Source of the DNA: Raillietiella orientalis
Taxonomy: Eukaryota
Direction of reading: 5' to 3'
Assembly (NCBI GenBank): GCA_036172245.1
Contig: JAYWIR010000001.1
Coordinates: 124,001 to 188,000 of the forward strand
Length of the DNA stretch: 64,000 nucleotides
Position 1 is the stretch's first letter; each line of letters begins with the position of its first letter. The notes under the pieces were generated by a model. It was not told the origin of the DNA and ran no database searches. It saw nothing but the letters and a program-made list of their open reading frames with translations. The position numbers and the translations under genes were made by a program. Below, in pieces: positions 22,950 to 37,320 of the stretch.

Positions 22950-25900
22950 CCTCGCCCACCCATGAACTGCTCCCTGCAACCAGCTGCTACCGTTCGCGGG
23001 TCGGCACGATGTGACGTGTGTCCTCGTCAGGACTGCCATTCAGTCCGCAGCGGAAGACCGTTGCGACGACGGCGCGCGAGGAAGGACGCGAGTCCTTTGA
23101 CGCCTGTGGCTTGTTGGAGGAAGAAGCGCGTGGGTTTGCACCAGGTGACGCTTCATAACTGCGCCAGGAGGGTGAGGATCGGGAACTGGATCTGTTGCAG
23201 CTCCATTCGCTCCAGCGTGAGGAGGTCGACGTGCCGACGTGGAGCACGCGAGTGCTTGAAGCGGACTCTGCTGCTTGAGGGAGGTGGAGGCGTGACTTTC
23301 CAAGAACACCGGGGGCCACATGAGGTCTTCGTGAAGAATTGCCAGCAGCTCGCACTAGAAGAGAGGCTCACACGTGGCAGGTCACTTGGAACATCAGCTG
23401 GTTGCTGTCCCGCTGTGCGACCACTTCGCCGTTCCTTCCTGCCCGCGATTTCGCAGGCGGCAGCAGTCCGCCTCGCCGGTGGGCTACTGCCTCCGTTTGG
23501 CACCCGCAGGGAGGGCGCGTCGAGAAGGGGCGGGTGCGCCCGCCCTCATGCTCCTGCTTCGAGATTCTCCGGGACCTCCTGCGGCGAGCAGCGAGCGCAG
23601 GTCGGCAGCTGCGGGCGGGGGCCACTTCGAGCTCAGCTTGCTCCTCTTCACCCGCGTGCCGAGCGTCTCCTGCAGGCGGGCATCACAGCTGACGGCACCG
23701 CTCAGGGCATCTGGTCGACTGGTCACCTCTCGCTGGAGGCACTTCAGGAAGGAAAGGAGTCCTTCTCTTCCGGATTCACGGCTGGAAGGAGGAGGGGCGT
23801 CGGCAGCTCTGTGTCGATGAGCGCGATGCCCATCCGGCAGCCCTCTGCCCTCCTGCCGAACGTGGGGGGGCAGGAGATCCGCTGGTTCCCTTCCCACAGG
23901 GAGGCGATGTGTCCTCGGTGGGGACGCGAGGGACTTCGTGCGGCTGCGAGATGACCATGGACTCCATACCCCTGGCAACCGGACGCGCAGCGCCTCGGGG
24001 ATTCCGGGGGAAGGCGGGCACCGACGCCTGCATCCAGTTCTCGGCTATCATCCCGAACTAGAGCCGCGGCTCCATCTTCTTTGGCGCCCATCCCTTCGTG
24101 GTACGACCGTGTCTTCGAGTTGGCGCGCGTCTTCTTGCTATCGGCGGGACGGCTGCAATGCGAATGGTGGGGTGGAGAACTTTCACTGGTCCGGGGAGGA
24201 AGAATCCTTCTCTCGCCTGTTAGTGGATCTGGTGGGGCAGCATTCAGGGAGGTGCCGAAGTACCTCTGCGCAAACACGCGGTCCAGCGCTGACCGCCTGC
24301 CTCAGCCTCCGCGGCGCGGTCGCGGCACGAAGTGCCTCCGAAAGGGGACGGCACGCTGTCACCCTGGCGACTTTCCTCACGTCCCTAGTGAATACCCAAA
24401 CACAGTTCTCTTGCCACCCGAAGAACTTGAATGCCTGGCGACAGGAGGCTGTTGAGTCCTGGACTGCACTCCAGGGAATGCGCCCTGAAAATTTTTACCC
24501 TCTGCGATCTCTGGAGGTGGTGATGCAGGACGCGCGGCGAAGTATTTGACCCTGACCGCCACACCCCTCGCCGCAGTGCTGTCTGACCCTAAGTCCGCTG
24601 CTCTTCAACATCTTCGAGGTGGTGCTGAGGGCGTAAGGCTGATGTTGGGTGACCTGCCAAGCCCCATCCCGGGCACTCCATCCGTAGCCGCCTATGCGAA
24701 GGTCCTGCTTCTCCTGCCCATGTCCATCCCGGCGTCCAGCCTCGAGCATTTCTTCGAGGTGATTCGTCGGGGAGCGGGCATGCGCGTGAATAGAAGGAAG
24801 AGCATAGTCATCCCGTGATGGTGTCGTGGAAGGGGCAGTTCGACTGGATCCGTCTGGGGAACCCCATGGGCAGGTACTTTAAGTACCTTGGCGTTCCGTT
24901 GGCCGTCTTTGGCGCTGCTGAAGCATGGTCGGACTGCCTTCAGAAGGCTGAGTTGACAAAGAGCCCGCTCCTCCATGGCAGGTTCCACTTACCGGAACGG
25001 ACTGCAGTTTGGAACACCTTTGTGGCCCCCTCTTCCGTCCCTTGTTTTTTGTTTGCCCACCCCCTTACGAGGCGGAGCAGTGAGCTCAGAACCTGCTCAG
25101 AAACGCCCTCTGGGGATCTGCCAGGTCCAGGATTCGCCTCAAAGACTTGGCGGCTCGGCGACGGGATGCTGGCTTGGACATCCTGACGCTGGAGAGAATC
25201 GGGCTGCAAGTGCAGTCCCGATGGACACTTTGTGCCAAGCTGTGGACTCTCCAGATGTGTGCGCATCATCCTGCGGAGACGCTCTGGCAGCGAAGGACTG
25301 CTTTGGTTGCTGCCAAGCAATCTTTACACGATGCAGGGATTCGGCTTCCCCCTCAGGCAACCCGGTTCTCTAGTGGAAGCCCATTCGTGGATCTCCTGCT
25401 GCCCAATAAACTACAACGCTTGGAGGCAGGAGGCTGTTGAATTTTGGGCTGCATTGCAGGGAATGCGCCCTGAAGATCTTTGCTCCCGGCGGCATCTGAT
25501 GCCACGATCCCTGGAAGTAATAATGCAGGACGTGGTGAAGTGGTCGATCCTGGTCACCACCACCCTTGCCGTAGTGCTGTCTACTCAGGGCAAGAGACGA
25601 CAGCAGCCGACCTGCGAGGTGGGAGTTTTCCTGCACCGTCGCAGGAAGGACAAAACTCCTTGGCAGCTGGAAGACGCGCGAGTTGGTGGTGGTTGCTGCC
25701 ACACTCCGCGTACCCTGGGACGTGAGACTCCTTCGGTGGAGTCAACTTCTGAGTGCTGCCTCCGAGGAACTCGTGGTCACTCCCCAATTTTTGGACGCTT
25801 CTGCTTTCCCACTCTCCTGGAAACAGGCTGTGCTGTTCTTCCTCCACTGGATATTTCAGTGCAACGAGCGGCAGAAGTGCGTTTCTGCAGGGGTTCCATC

Positions 25901-26200
25901 CCCGAACTGTAAGGGTCAGGTGCGGGTCGGCGAAGTGGATCCCGCACCTGCCTTTGGATTGCAGTGCCCTCCAGAGACCGTGGAAGAGGAGGCTGGCATC
26001 AGCGCTCTGCGTCAGGACGCCGCCCGTGAACTGCTGCGACGGTTCTTCGCGTAGGAAGGACCATCGACGGGCGCGGTGACCGCAGCCATGGGTTGCACCC
26101 GTGCCATTTTCACGGCCCTCCATGTGCTGGAGACGACCACGCAGCTAACGAAAGTCACCGGGAAGCCTACGTGAGGATGTCCGCAAGGTGGCCTCTCCGG
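22950..26200 (+). mobile_element. Degenerate L1/Tx1-like LINE ORF2 (APE endonuclease-RT-zf), with an internally repeated block
   Basis: VPLCDHFAV (SDH motif), SGIPGE, VAAYAK..FEVIRRGAGMRVNRRKS, FKYLGVPL, RRRDAGLDILTL and RCGSAKWIPHLPLDC..W occur in the expected order. Fragmented by frameshifts. Confidence 0.75.
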
Positions 26201-27640
26201 GAAGAAGTGAAGGAGGAGATCGCCAGCATCCAGTGCCGATTTTGAAAGGAAGGAACGGCGGACACCGATGGCCGTTGTCCCTGGATTCACTTTATTTTTT
26301 TTCCTATTTCCCACTCCCATTCTCTCAGTGAATTCCCCGATCCTTTTTGGTTTGATCCCGGCGCTCATGGAGCGAACCCAAAGATCCTTGCCCCATCTCC
26401 CTGGAATTCTTTTCTTGTTGCCCCCCGCTTACTTTCCCCGTTCCGGACTTTTGGATATCCCGACCTTCGTGTTGGTGGACCAACTCCCTCTGGACTTCTT
26501 TTGTCTTCGGTTGGGAACCAGCGTGTCCAAACTGACTTATTTTCTATAAAATGAACACCCCGGAGTGGCAGGGTGAAGAAGGCCCTTCTTGGGGAGGACA
26601 ACGAGATGGAATCTCCCAATGGAACAAGATGAGTATCTCGTCCGCATCCTCCACAGAATCCAGAGGAACATCCAAGATCCCTTCCCGAGCTTCCCCGTCG
26701 GCCCACCATTATTTATTTATTTGTTTCCCCTTTCCCACCGCTCCCGAACTGGACCTGCTTGACAGGCGCGTTGGCTTCGCGGCAACCCTTCTCCAGGGTC
26801 GTTCGGACTGCTCCAGGGCCGCGTGCGCCTTCATTCGCGTCGAAGAGCAAGACTCCGTACCGGTGACGTCACACGGAGTTCCGCTCCCTCCAGTGGCCGC
26901 TGCTTCAACCGCGCTTCACACGACGAGGGGAGAGCGTCCTCACCATCTGCCTTCGTGCCCCATGAAACCTTAGTTCTTGGCGGCTCCCACCGCATTCTTG
27001 CACTGAGAAACCCCCACATTTCAGCCCGGGAGACCGCTGGCTGTCCCCGGATGGTGGGATGGCTCACAGGGTCAACTCCGCGGGATTCCGGACCGAGGTC
27101 TCCGTCCAGGGTAAGCGCGTGGTCCGCTCCTACTCCGCTCAGCTCCCTCTCAGACGAACGCGGCTTCTTCGGACCTCTCGGTCGCTACGTGGGCTCAACA
27201 TCGATCGCCAAGATGGAGGAAGGAGTTGACCTGCGTCCCGAGCCGCTCGCAGTCGCCACTGCTTGCGTGCAGAGGGAGATGAAACTTTCCAACTGGAGAT
27301 GCGGGGCAGGAGGCTCGTGGGCAAGCTAGCCGGAACCTGAAAGCGCTCTTCCTCGCTCCTCTTCCCCTTCCCGACTCGAGCTCTCGGGAACCATGCTTGT
27401 CACTGTGAGATTGGTGCACTGTGACCTTATCCCTAGATAAGAGGATAAGGTCAGAGGAGGGAAAGGGCATTGGCCCAACCCTCTCCCTCCCTAGTTCTTT
27501 CCCGGACGCGCCTTGGTTCCTTTGGATTCGGACCGGCGGCGGTGTCCCGCGAAAACACCCGTTCTGATCACCGAATCGGCGATCCCGAATGGACGTTGCT
27601 GTAAAACAACATGCAATTTCGGCTTCCTCCTTCCCTGAGC

Positions 27641-28370
<730 letters not shown>

Positions 28371-28379
28371 AACCAGATC

Positions 28380-28760
28380 CCTCTCCATAATAGGAAGTGG
28401 GAAGCTCCCAGCTTCCTCTGCAACAATCCTAGTCCTCACCACCACTAAGAAATACAACGTGATGAACGAAATACAATACCCATCCCTCGTGCCAGCTCTC
28501 CCCCCTACTCCTCTACCACCAAGTTTAACCAACCACCCCGACAGCCGATATCCATAAATTACCCTCAGTGCCATCCCAAATACCATCAAGACTTCCACAA
28601 TACACACTTCCCTGCTGAACATCGTGCCCATTCCATCAAGGAGTCATTCTTGCTACTAGAACCCCTTAAGAAAGGGAATCCTACTAAACCTCTTACTCTT
28701 GCATTGTAAACTACCCTTAAGAACACTACCCCCATTCCTCCAAGACCCCACAAATCTTGA
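28380..28760 (+). mobile_element. Possible Jockey/I-group LINE 3' remnant
   Basis: A/C-rich strand. LTTTKKYNVMNEIQY..ITLSAIPNTIKTSTIHTSL resembles the post-RT region (YkxxIRPxLEY..RxIxgxP..IH). Confidence 0.3.
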
Positions 28761-29533
28761 CCTCCGTCGCATCCATGAAATCGCCAATCCTGCACATAAA
28801 AGCAGTAACGACTTGAATGCAGGATGAACTCGCAAATGATAGCTAGCCAGTGGTCCTCGAAACCAATCCCACAAGTATCATGCGGAAGTGCCTCCGAGCT
28901 GAACACCCAACAGCCTCTCTTTTCTTTTTTTGCATCCACTTCTATTCCTCCCTTAATTCTTGCATGTGGCACTGCTGAAACGCCAACGCACACCGTACGT
29001 GTTGTCCATCCGCTAAATCGAAACATCGAAAAGTGCACCCCTGCAGTAGCCCGAGTAAGCACCTAAGCGGATAGCCTCTGGCAATCAGGCAGTTAACGGC
29101 AACTGAGCCCTCCTGGTTGTTCTCATTTTCATAACTACTCCAAAATACCAGCCATTAACCTCAGAAGAGTGTGCGCGCGAGAACGGGTTCCTCGAATACG
29201 GGAATTTATGTCATCTCAAAGCCTCCCCTTCCTACTCTCCTCAGCACACGCTCATCCTGGTTCCCTCTTGGACCAACAGCATCTCACCGTGTCTGCCTCA
29301 CTGAGCAATCCGGAAAGTGGAAGGAAATGGAGCAAGCGAGCAGCATTAGTCGGAAGAGAGCGGTGAGCGAAGGGCAATAGTAATATAATGGTAGCGATAG
29401 TAATAAGCAGTATGCAAACACTACTGCCGACGGGAGTTGATGGTTAGCAGTTCAGCTGCGATAACCGGTAATAAGACCAGTAGGTAAACGGTAGCGAAAG
29501 GTCACGAGGCGGGCAAGACCATCACGCCGATGG

Positions 29534-30235
29534 AAATCCCGAAACATCGTAAAAAACAGACGTGTGTCCTCGTATGTATGTATGTATATATATGTACATA
29601 TATAATAAGGATCATGGATCACGAATAGATATATACTTATTATGTATATTCGTATGCAGATTCATATAAAAATGTATGTTAACGTCTTTATCCATATTTA
29701 CTAAGATGCGTATTATTGACATGTGCATTAATATAGTAGCAATATTTACATAAGATATATATATATTATAAGTATTATAAAACATGAATATATGTATGCC
29801 TATTATGTATGTGGATTAATGAAAATACAATTTTATTTTGATATACACCTTCGTTATTTATTAATATACATATAATTCATATAACTAGTCATATCTGTTT
29901 CTATATCATAAACATGCGTCAGTGATGAATTAACTATATATATATATAAGAAATGCATATCAAATCAAATGTAACGGATGCAGAATTGCAGGAAATAAAC
30001 AATAACGGTGCTCATGAAAAATGGTGGGTGGAAAAAATGAAATAAGAAACACATTTTTAATAACCTTTAATAGTATGTATGAATGCATACGATGAATTAT
30101 GTTAATGCTATGTATATTAATAGATAGTAATAAGCATGCATGCTGAAATAAATTGGTACACCAATCTATGTACACGAATGTATGGACATGCGTTCACTGT
30201 TTGTGATCTTCCGGGGTCCCCATATTCGGGATTTT
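29534..30235. repeat. AT-rich foldback-type island 2
   Basis: Bounded by AAATCCCGAAACATCGTAAAAAA and TTGTGATCTTCCGGG..TTCGGGATTTT. Confidence 0.6.
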
Positions 30236-30719
30236 GAACCGAACCCGAAGGGAACGGTCACAAATCTTCAACAGACTTCCGCTTCGTGCTTGACACTTTT
30301 CGAACGGATGCTGGTGATCATCCTCGACTTTCGTTCCGTACGTGGCGGCAGTTTGTGGTCAGGAAGCTGCCAACGGTGCACCGCGACGTCACATCTGGGT
30401 TTCGTGTCGGGCGTGAGGGAAGACTTTACAGAAAACAGAAAGAAGAGGAAAGGGCGGGAAGATCAGTCAAATCGTGAGCGATGCGAAAAGCCAAAACGGA
30501 AGACCCGCTGAATCTCTCCCGATCTGCGTTTCCAGGACGTTCTGCCCGCGATCGCCTCCGGTCGTCGTGATGGATGCGGAGAGGCGGAAAACGGGACGGC
30601 GCGGAGATCTGGAAGGGAACAAAAAGCCACCAGGAAGATCATCCGAAAACTGCGTCGCGGAAGCTGCAGGCACACCTCGACAATTCCGGCACATCTCGAT
30701 TCCGAAATGCCTCCGATGA

Positions 30720-33640
30720 TTCATGCATCCAAAAACCGCATTCCTCCCTTCTCCCTCCTCCTCCCCAGGGGTTCCTAACGGCCGCACGGAATCTTCTTCG
30801 TCTGCGACTTTTGATCTCGACTTCATGAAGCGATTTACGGATGCATCTGCTTCGTTCGAGTGGCAGATTTACCACCGTCACCTTATCGGGCCCGATTGCA
30901 ACCAAGCCCCCCCCTTCTTCCATCCCTCCCTCCCCGAACCGCTCTCCTCAGGGTGGCATGGAAACAGCCAGCGTCGCCCGAACGGAAGTTTTCGGCAAAC
31001 GAGGCCCGCGCTTGGACCCCACGCGGACACATCTGCAGCCGCGAGGAACTGTGAAATGCCACGACCGGTCTTCTATCCAGGGCTTCGGAATCCCCCCATT
31101 CCGGTGTGCTGCGACACATCAGCTGTGTCGTCCGCTGCCACGGCGGACTGAGGGGTGTTCTCCATTTGTTCCCATCGGTCGCGAAGACGGCTCTGCCGTC
31201 GCGGGAAGCCAACCCACGCATGGCGGGCCTCGTTGAGATCGCCGAGAGCGCTTGTTGGTTCAGGGGTGCCAGGTGTCGCTTTCCCGCGAGAGGGACGCCG
31301 CGATCCGAGGAGAGGCGCAGGAAACTTTCCTCCTGTGACCGGGAGACGCTGGAAGGGGAGTGAGGGGAGTCGCCTTGCTCCTGCTACTGCCCCCCCTCTC
31401 CAGAGCGCTTCCCCCTGGTGATTGGAAAACAAAAGGAGCCTCCGGGAAAGGCGCCACGCAACGACGCTCGGAGTAGCAGCAGCAGTCACTGTCGTTGCAT
31501 CGCGAGGAATTGAAGAGCCCGGCGCACCAAAGCTGGAGGAAGTCGAGCGCGCTCCTGAGGTGCGGAAGGGGGAGGGGGTGGCCAAGAGGTCGTCCGCCGC
31601 CCTCGTGCCACCGTCAGAGTCACCAAAATCTCGTGGTGCCGGTCGCGAGAATGCGGAGCGTTCGCTTCCGGAGGAAGAAAGCGGCGGACCTTCCGGGCTC
31701 GGCTCGGCGAGGCGGATTCGAGTCGAGAAACGTCGGGAGCGCCATCATCGGTGGAAGGCACGGCGCCTGCCCTCATCCATGACACCTGTCATGTCCTCTG
31801 GACGTTTGCCATAGCTGTCCACCCCTGTTGCATCTCCTCCTTGGAGATGACATCCTCTCCTTGATGTCTCCTTGGAGCCTGAAAAGTTCCTTCCATGCCA
31901 GTCGAGATCGCCCTCTGTTGGCGCAGTACATTCATCCTCCGCAGGCTCGCGGAGGCGACTTCGACCCCTCCTCCCGGAGAGAGGCTCTTTTTGCAACCTC
32001 CGATGTCGAGAGCGAGAGGAAGGCTGCAAAGTACCTAGGAAGGCCTCAGGGAAGCTGGAAGACGAGTCGGCGCCATTTTATTTTATTTTCTTACAAGAGG
32101 TCGGGCGGCACATCCGGTCTCTTCCGGATGTCGAAAACGGAAAAGAAGAAAAGGGAGATGCCCTTTGCTTCCACCGAAGACTGCAGGGACGTTAACCCTT
32201 TGTGCTGGGCCAGCTGGAAACTTCCCCGTGCCTCGTCCTCTCGGCCCTGCTGCCGGCAACGAAGGACTTTTTATCGTTGCTGCCGGCAGAGGATGCGGGC
32301 GTCCGGGATCCCGCTGGGGCGACTCCCCTCCCTCCTGGAAACCCAGAAGAACTTCGTCCCCCGCGACGCCTCCTGAGCCATCCAGCCGAAGACGCGGGGC
32401 GGAACGCGACGGACCCGACCAGACGCCACGCCCTTCTCCGCCCTAGGGAGGAGCAGGGAAAGGTTGCCCACTAGACGGTTGCAGGAAGGACTGTCTTCAT
32501 CGGCGGCTGGACGGCGAGAGATCTGGACCCCGACGCCGCCACACCCCGTTCCCAGGAAAAGGGACTGCTACGTCAGCGGAGTAAGCTTCGTGAGTCCCCA
32601 GAACCCGCGTCGCGCCGAGCGTCGCGAGTTCGAATCCCGCCTGGGGAATGTCCGACACCAAGAACGGAAGGACGCGTCGTTGTGGTTTAGAGTCCCTCTC
32701 GGAAGATGACGCTGGTTGTCCTGGAGGGAGCGGGACACCCCCTCTGACCGGCCGGATTTGGAAGTCGACCCCCGGGGTCCTTCCAGTAATCAGAGAGGCA
32801 GTTCCCTTCGGGGTTCCCCTCCGTCTGGGAAAATGGGGCCGTTACCATGGAGCTGGTTGGTACCCCCTTCGGGGATTTCCTCTCCGGAGTGTCAAGAAAC
32901 TCACTGCTCCCACCGGGGGTTCCCTCCCAAGCTTGAGAGAACAGACCACTTCCTCCGGAGCCCTTCCTGGATGAACAGGGTGGTCCCTACGGGGTTGCCC
33001 TCTCGACTCGAAGAGTCACACGCCCCCTCGGGTGACATGGACAGCGCCAGAGAGCTTCGTGACCTCTCCCGTGGGAAGCGAACCTTCTCAGCAGTTGGAG
33101 AACGAGGAACGCTGGAAGGGAAGCAGAAGAACCCCGGAAGATTTTCCAGCATCCACGCCATGGCAATGATCCCCTCGAGATCCCAACGATCCTCCGCTGC
33201 TGGCTGCCCCTCCGCACGTGCGCGGACACTTCGGTGCTGCTCACGTGCTAGCAAATGGAAGCGCGAGGAGGTGCTACTGCTGCCACCGGGGTTCTCCCTC
33301 TTCCCCGCCCTTCCTTCCCTCCAGTGCAACCGAACCGACGACCCCGCACCTGCTCTTCGACTGCGTCGTCGTCCTCGGCGAGCTTCTGTGCCTCTTCCTC
33401 CCCCCCCGCGAAGGGAGGGCGCCGCCCCCTTTGGACCTGCTGCGGCGATGCTTCGTCCTCACCACGGGCTCTTCCGGAGGAAGGCTCTGCGAGGAGGTGC
33501 TGCATCCGCGCCTTCGCCACGGGAGACGCGCGGCGGCAGCTAAGGGAGGCCGCCCGTCATGGCAGCCACCTGTCAGGAGGACGGCTGCGAGGTGACCCCG
33601 TCTGGAAGACAAAGTCGAGTCGAGAGAGATCGCAGCATCC
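30720..33640 (+). mobile_element. Second degenerate L1/Tx1-like LINE, interrupted by a SINE
   Basis: GRHGACPHP (cf. GxRQGCPLSP), AAKYLGRP and EPTTPHLLFDC knuckle. 33340-33570 resembles 25940-26170 at DNA level. Confidence 0.55.
32590..33090 (+). mobile_element. tRNA-derived SINE-like element, copy C
   Basis: GAGTTCGAATCCCGCCTGGGGAA..CGGAAGATGACGCTG..GGAAGTCGACCCCCGGGGTCCTTCCAG..TCCTGGATGAACAGGGTGGTCCCTACGGGGT..GGACAGCGCCAGAGAGCTTCGTGA. Confidence 0.72.
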
Positions 33641-34379
33641 CACGAAAAGCTGGCCCCTATTCTCACCCTTCCCCTTTTATTTATTGATTTTCCACTGCCC
33701 CCTCTCTCCCTCCCGGGCAGTAGACTTTTAGAGTGGCCGGACTACGTGTCGGGGGACCCTCTCCCCTTCTTTTAGCTTTTCCTAGAGGACCGCGTTCCTC
33801 CTCCTTTCTTTTTTTTTTTTCAAGGAATAAATGCCCCGAAATGACAGGGTGGCAAATCGCCTTGGGCAAACTGCCGGGTGTGTCGATAGAGTGCGTGAGG
33901 CAGCGGCGCGTGATGCTCCGGGGACAAGGCGAAGCCCTCAGATCCGCTACCGAAATTTCGGGAAGCCCGGGTCCTCGGTCCCAGGCTTCCGAAGCTCATC
34001 GGACCGGGGGGGGAGCGCCGGCCGCGTGACCTCGCGCCGACGGCTCGGCTTATCAGCTCGCGGCACGCCGCGCTTATCGCGGCGCGAAATCCCCCCCCCC
34101 CCTCTCCCCCTTCTCGTGGCCGAGCGGGACGTCGATAGCGAAATTCCTTCGCAGGCGGATACGAGAGACGGTCCGTCGAGGTGCCAGCGAGCGCCTTCCC
34201 GGTTCCCAGAACGCCTAGCGGAACTCCTCCCCCTCCTCGCAAGCGCATCGACTTTCTTCCCTTTCCCGTTCCTTTTTTTCGCCCTCCTTGCTCGGGAGGT
34301 CTGCGAAAAGTAAAACGACGGTGCTGCCATCCACTGCATTCGGTCACGGAAGACGTCCCCGCGTGCTTTCCCTTCAGTT

Positions 34380-34915
34380 TATGGGGAGTCAACCCGGAAT
34401 GACCCCCCTGTGAATCCCGAAAGGCTCCGGGGAAGGAGAGTCTGTCCCTCTTGCGTGCGGGAGGGAACCTTCCACCCCGGTTGTCTCCGAAGAGAACTCC
34501 GGAGGGAACAGACTCCCTGATTCCTGGAAGGACCCCGGAGGGAAAAGGTTTCCTCCTTTGAAGAACCCCGAAGGGAGCAGCGCGTTTCTTAACACTCTGG
34601 AGAGGCAACCCCACGAGGGGGGGGGGGGAGGGCACCAACCAGCACTACGGGAACCTGGCAGCTCCATTTGCACAGCCGCGGGGAAACCTGGGTGGACCCC
34701 GTAGGGTCGACCTCCAAATCCTGGCCGGTCAGCGGGGGCGTCCGGCTTCCGCCAGGGCAATCAGCGCCATCTTCCGAGGGGGACTCGAGACCACAATGAA
34801 CGCACCCCCCGTTCTCGGCGACGATGCCCCCCCCCCCCTCTCTTCCCTGGCGGGAATCGAACCCGTGACCGTCAGTGCCAAGCGCGTTGGGAGGCCGCTG
34901 CCACAGAGGCCGCCG
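34380..34915 (-). mobile_element. tRNA-derived SINE-like element, copy D
   Basis: Minus strand reads GGGTTCGATTCCCGCCAGGGAA..CGCCGAGAACGGG..CGGAAGATGGCGCTG..GGAAGCCGGAC..GGAGGTCGACCC..GGATTCACAGGG. Confidence 0.7.
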
Positions 34916-34956
34916 CCAACGCGGGCGAGCATTTTTAGTAAATGGAATACATGGAA

Positions 34957-34997
<41 letters not shown>

Positions 34998-35221
34998 AAG
35001 GGAGATCACATGTCATCTCCATGCAGTTCTTCTGACGCGGAAGACTGCTGCCACCTCTCCTCCACTCAAAAGGAGCAAACCGCACGACGGTCTTCGAGCT
35101 GGAGCGCTTTTCACTGGAGTCGGGAAGGATGCAGATCAATCAGATTGCAGTTTGCGAAAATCGGTCGAAGGAATTCGTTTCCATTTTGCAATCGTTGGCT
35201 CAGTCGAATTCTTCTTCTGTT

Positions 35222-35257
<36 letters not shown>

Positions 35258-36499
35258 AAATGATGTGAGGTTTCGAATTCAGATTACCATCCAGTGAACT
35301 TCGGAAGCTGATTCTGGTATCAGGAAATACCACAGGTATACTTCGTGCAGATACAGAGATCAGTGAAGATAAGCAAGGGAGTTTCGAGCGAAGCATATGG
35401 AAGCGTTTTCCCACCGTGTCATGTTTAGGTGACGTCACGTGATTGGAGAGCCACGAGGAATCTGAACGCTCTGTGGTGGCACCACAGTCTGTCCACTCGG
35501 ATCGCGGTCCCTTCCCTTGTCGACGAGGTTGCTGAAATTGGCTCTGAAGGGAAGTCGCAACTGGTTTTCGAGCAGGCACCAGAAACAAGCTGTGAAATGG
35601 ACGCGCGCTGTGATTGATCTGGTCGTCATGGTGATTAAATTTCAAGAGCTGCCGGAGCCTACAAACCTATTTAACCACAGCGGTGAAGGGGGTGGCTGCG
35701 CCCCCATCGCGTGCTACCACTCAACAGCGGCGTTCTCTTCAACAGGAGCGGATGAGCAAGTTTCTCCGGACGGCTAAAGAGCGCTGCCTGAACAGAAAAG
35801 TGTTGCAGCCTCCCTAGACGCTCCTGGCAGGGTTACATGAAGTGCGATACTATGCAACTTTTGCTTTTCCACAGAGAGAAAGAAAAAAGGGAAGAGGAGG
35901 AGGAGGAAGCCAGACAGAGGAGGAGGTTTTTTAATCAAAAGTGCGAAGTTGGGCTGAGCGCTTGCGCATTTTCGCGCAAGAGAGCAGTGGCGGCGAAAAA
36001 GGGGGGAAGCGTGGACAAAACCGGAAATCACACATCGGCAGATCTTTTTTTTTTTTTTTTTTTTTTTTTGCACCGCACTTTAGCCGACGCAGCCCGACGC
36101 ACGAATTTCGCCCCTGCAAAACAAAAAGAAAAAAAAAAAAAAAACCTAGCGGAGAGAATCCCCCCCCCCCCCGCAGAAACCTCGAAACAGGGGGCACACC
36201 GCTCGTACTTCCCGTCTGCATCCAGGTTGCAGCCACCGTAGACGCTAAGATAAAAAGGTTTCCAGGCAGCTTCATGCTGCACAGATTCTCGCCCGCCACG
36301 TTCTGTTTGTCTTTTCTTTTTTTTTGGTTTTCGTTTACCAGACCCATGCGCTGCATCACCCCCAGAGGCCGAGCAAATACGTGCCATGAAATGGAAAGAT
36401 TTGTTGTGCTTTTAAGGATGCACTTCTCGTCTTCCTGGTCGCGCTGAGATGAGAGTTCACGCAGAGTTCGGAGGTTTTTTTGGTGTGCTGCGTGAACAC

Positions 36500-36770
36500 G
36501 TGGCCGCTACCACGCATCAAACCAAAGTCCGTTCTTCTTGGTCGGCGGTCGTACGGCGTCCAGGCCTGGGGTACCCGGGAATGATCTTGGAAAACAGGGA
36601 ATGCCTGACGGGGGAGACACCTGGAGCGCGGATGAGCCATTTGCGAATTCGAACGCACCTCCTCTTGATTTACGGAAGGCTTCCAGGTCCTTCACTTCCA
36701 GGAACGGCATTTCGTTCTGCTCCTTGTCTTCGTCTTGACATGAAAATAGCATCGAAACCTTGTATTTTAA
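36500..36770 (-). mobile_element. Possible Penelope-like RT remnant
   Basis: SMLFSCQDEDKEQNEMPFLEVK resembles the PLE motif FTxExExxxxLPFLDV. Single motif only. Confidence 0.28.
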
Positions 36771-37077
36771 GGCTTCTCTGTGGTGGTACGGAGGGATCTC
36801 AGCAGGGTGACATGCGCCAAGTCGTAAATAATAATAATAATAATGAAAAAAAATGCTATCGAATGGATTTTCCAACTTTATCGTCCGAAATGGTGCTGAT
36901 GGAGGGGTCTAATCAAAGCCTGCTCAAAGTTCAACTCAACTGTCGCAGCGCGAGCTGCAGCTGCAACGCCTGAATTCCCGAAATTTATCTGACAACTTCA
37001 TGGACTGCGTGTGAAGGGGACTTCCTGCTTTCCTCAATTCAACGAGACGCATCCTCTGAATCTTACTGAGATGAATT

Positions 37078-37080
<3 letters not shown>

Positions 37081-37143
<63 letters not shown>

Positions 37144-37168
37144 GTATGTATGTATGTATGTATATGTT

Positions 37169-37246
<78 letters not shown>

Positions 37247-37249
37247 GTT

Positions 37250-37287
<38 letters not shown>

Positions 37288-37320
37288 AACATATACATAC
37301 ATGCATACATACATATATAT
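37081..37320. repeat. (CA)n plus (TA)n/(TATG)n microsatellite block
   Basis: Direct reading. Confidence 0.96.

Noticed and set aside
22899..23954. 351-aa ORF
   Set aside because: Arg/Gly/Ala-rich off-frame read-through of a GC-rich decayed LINE.
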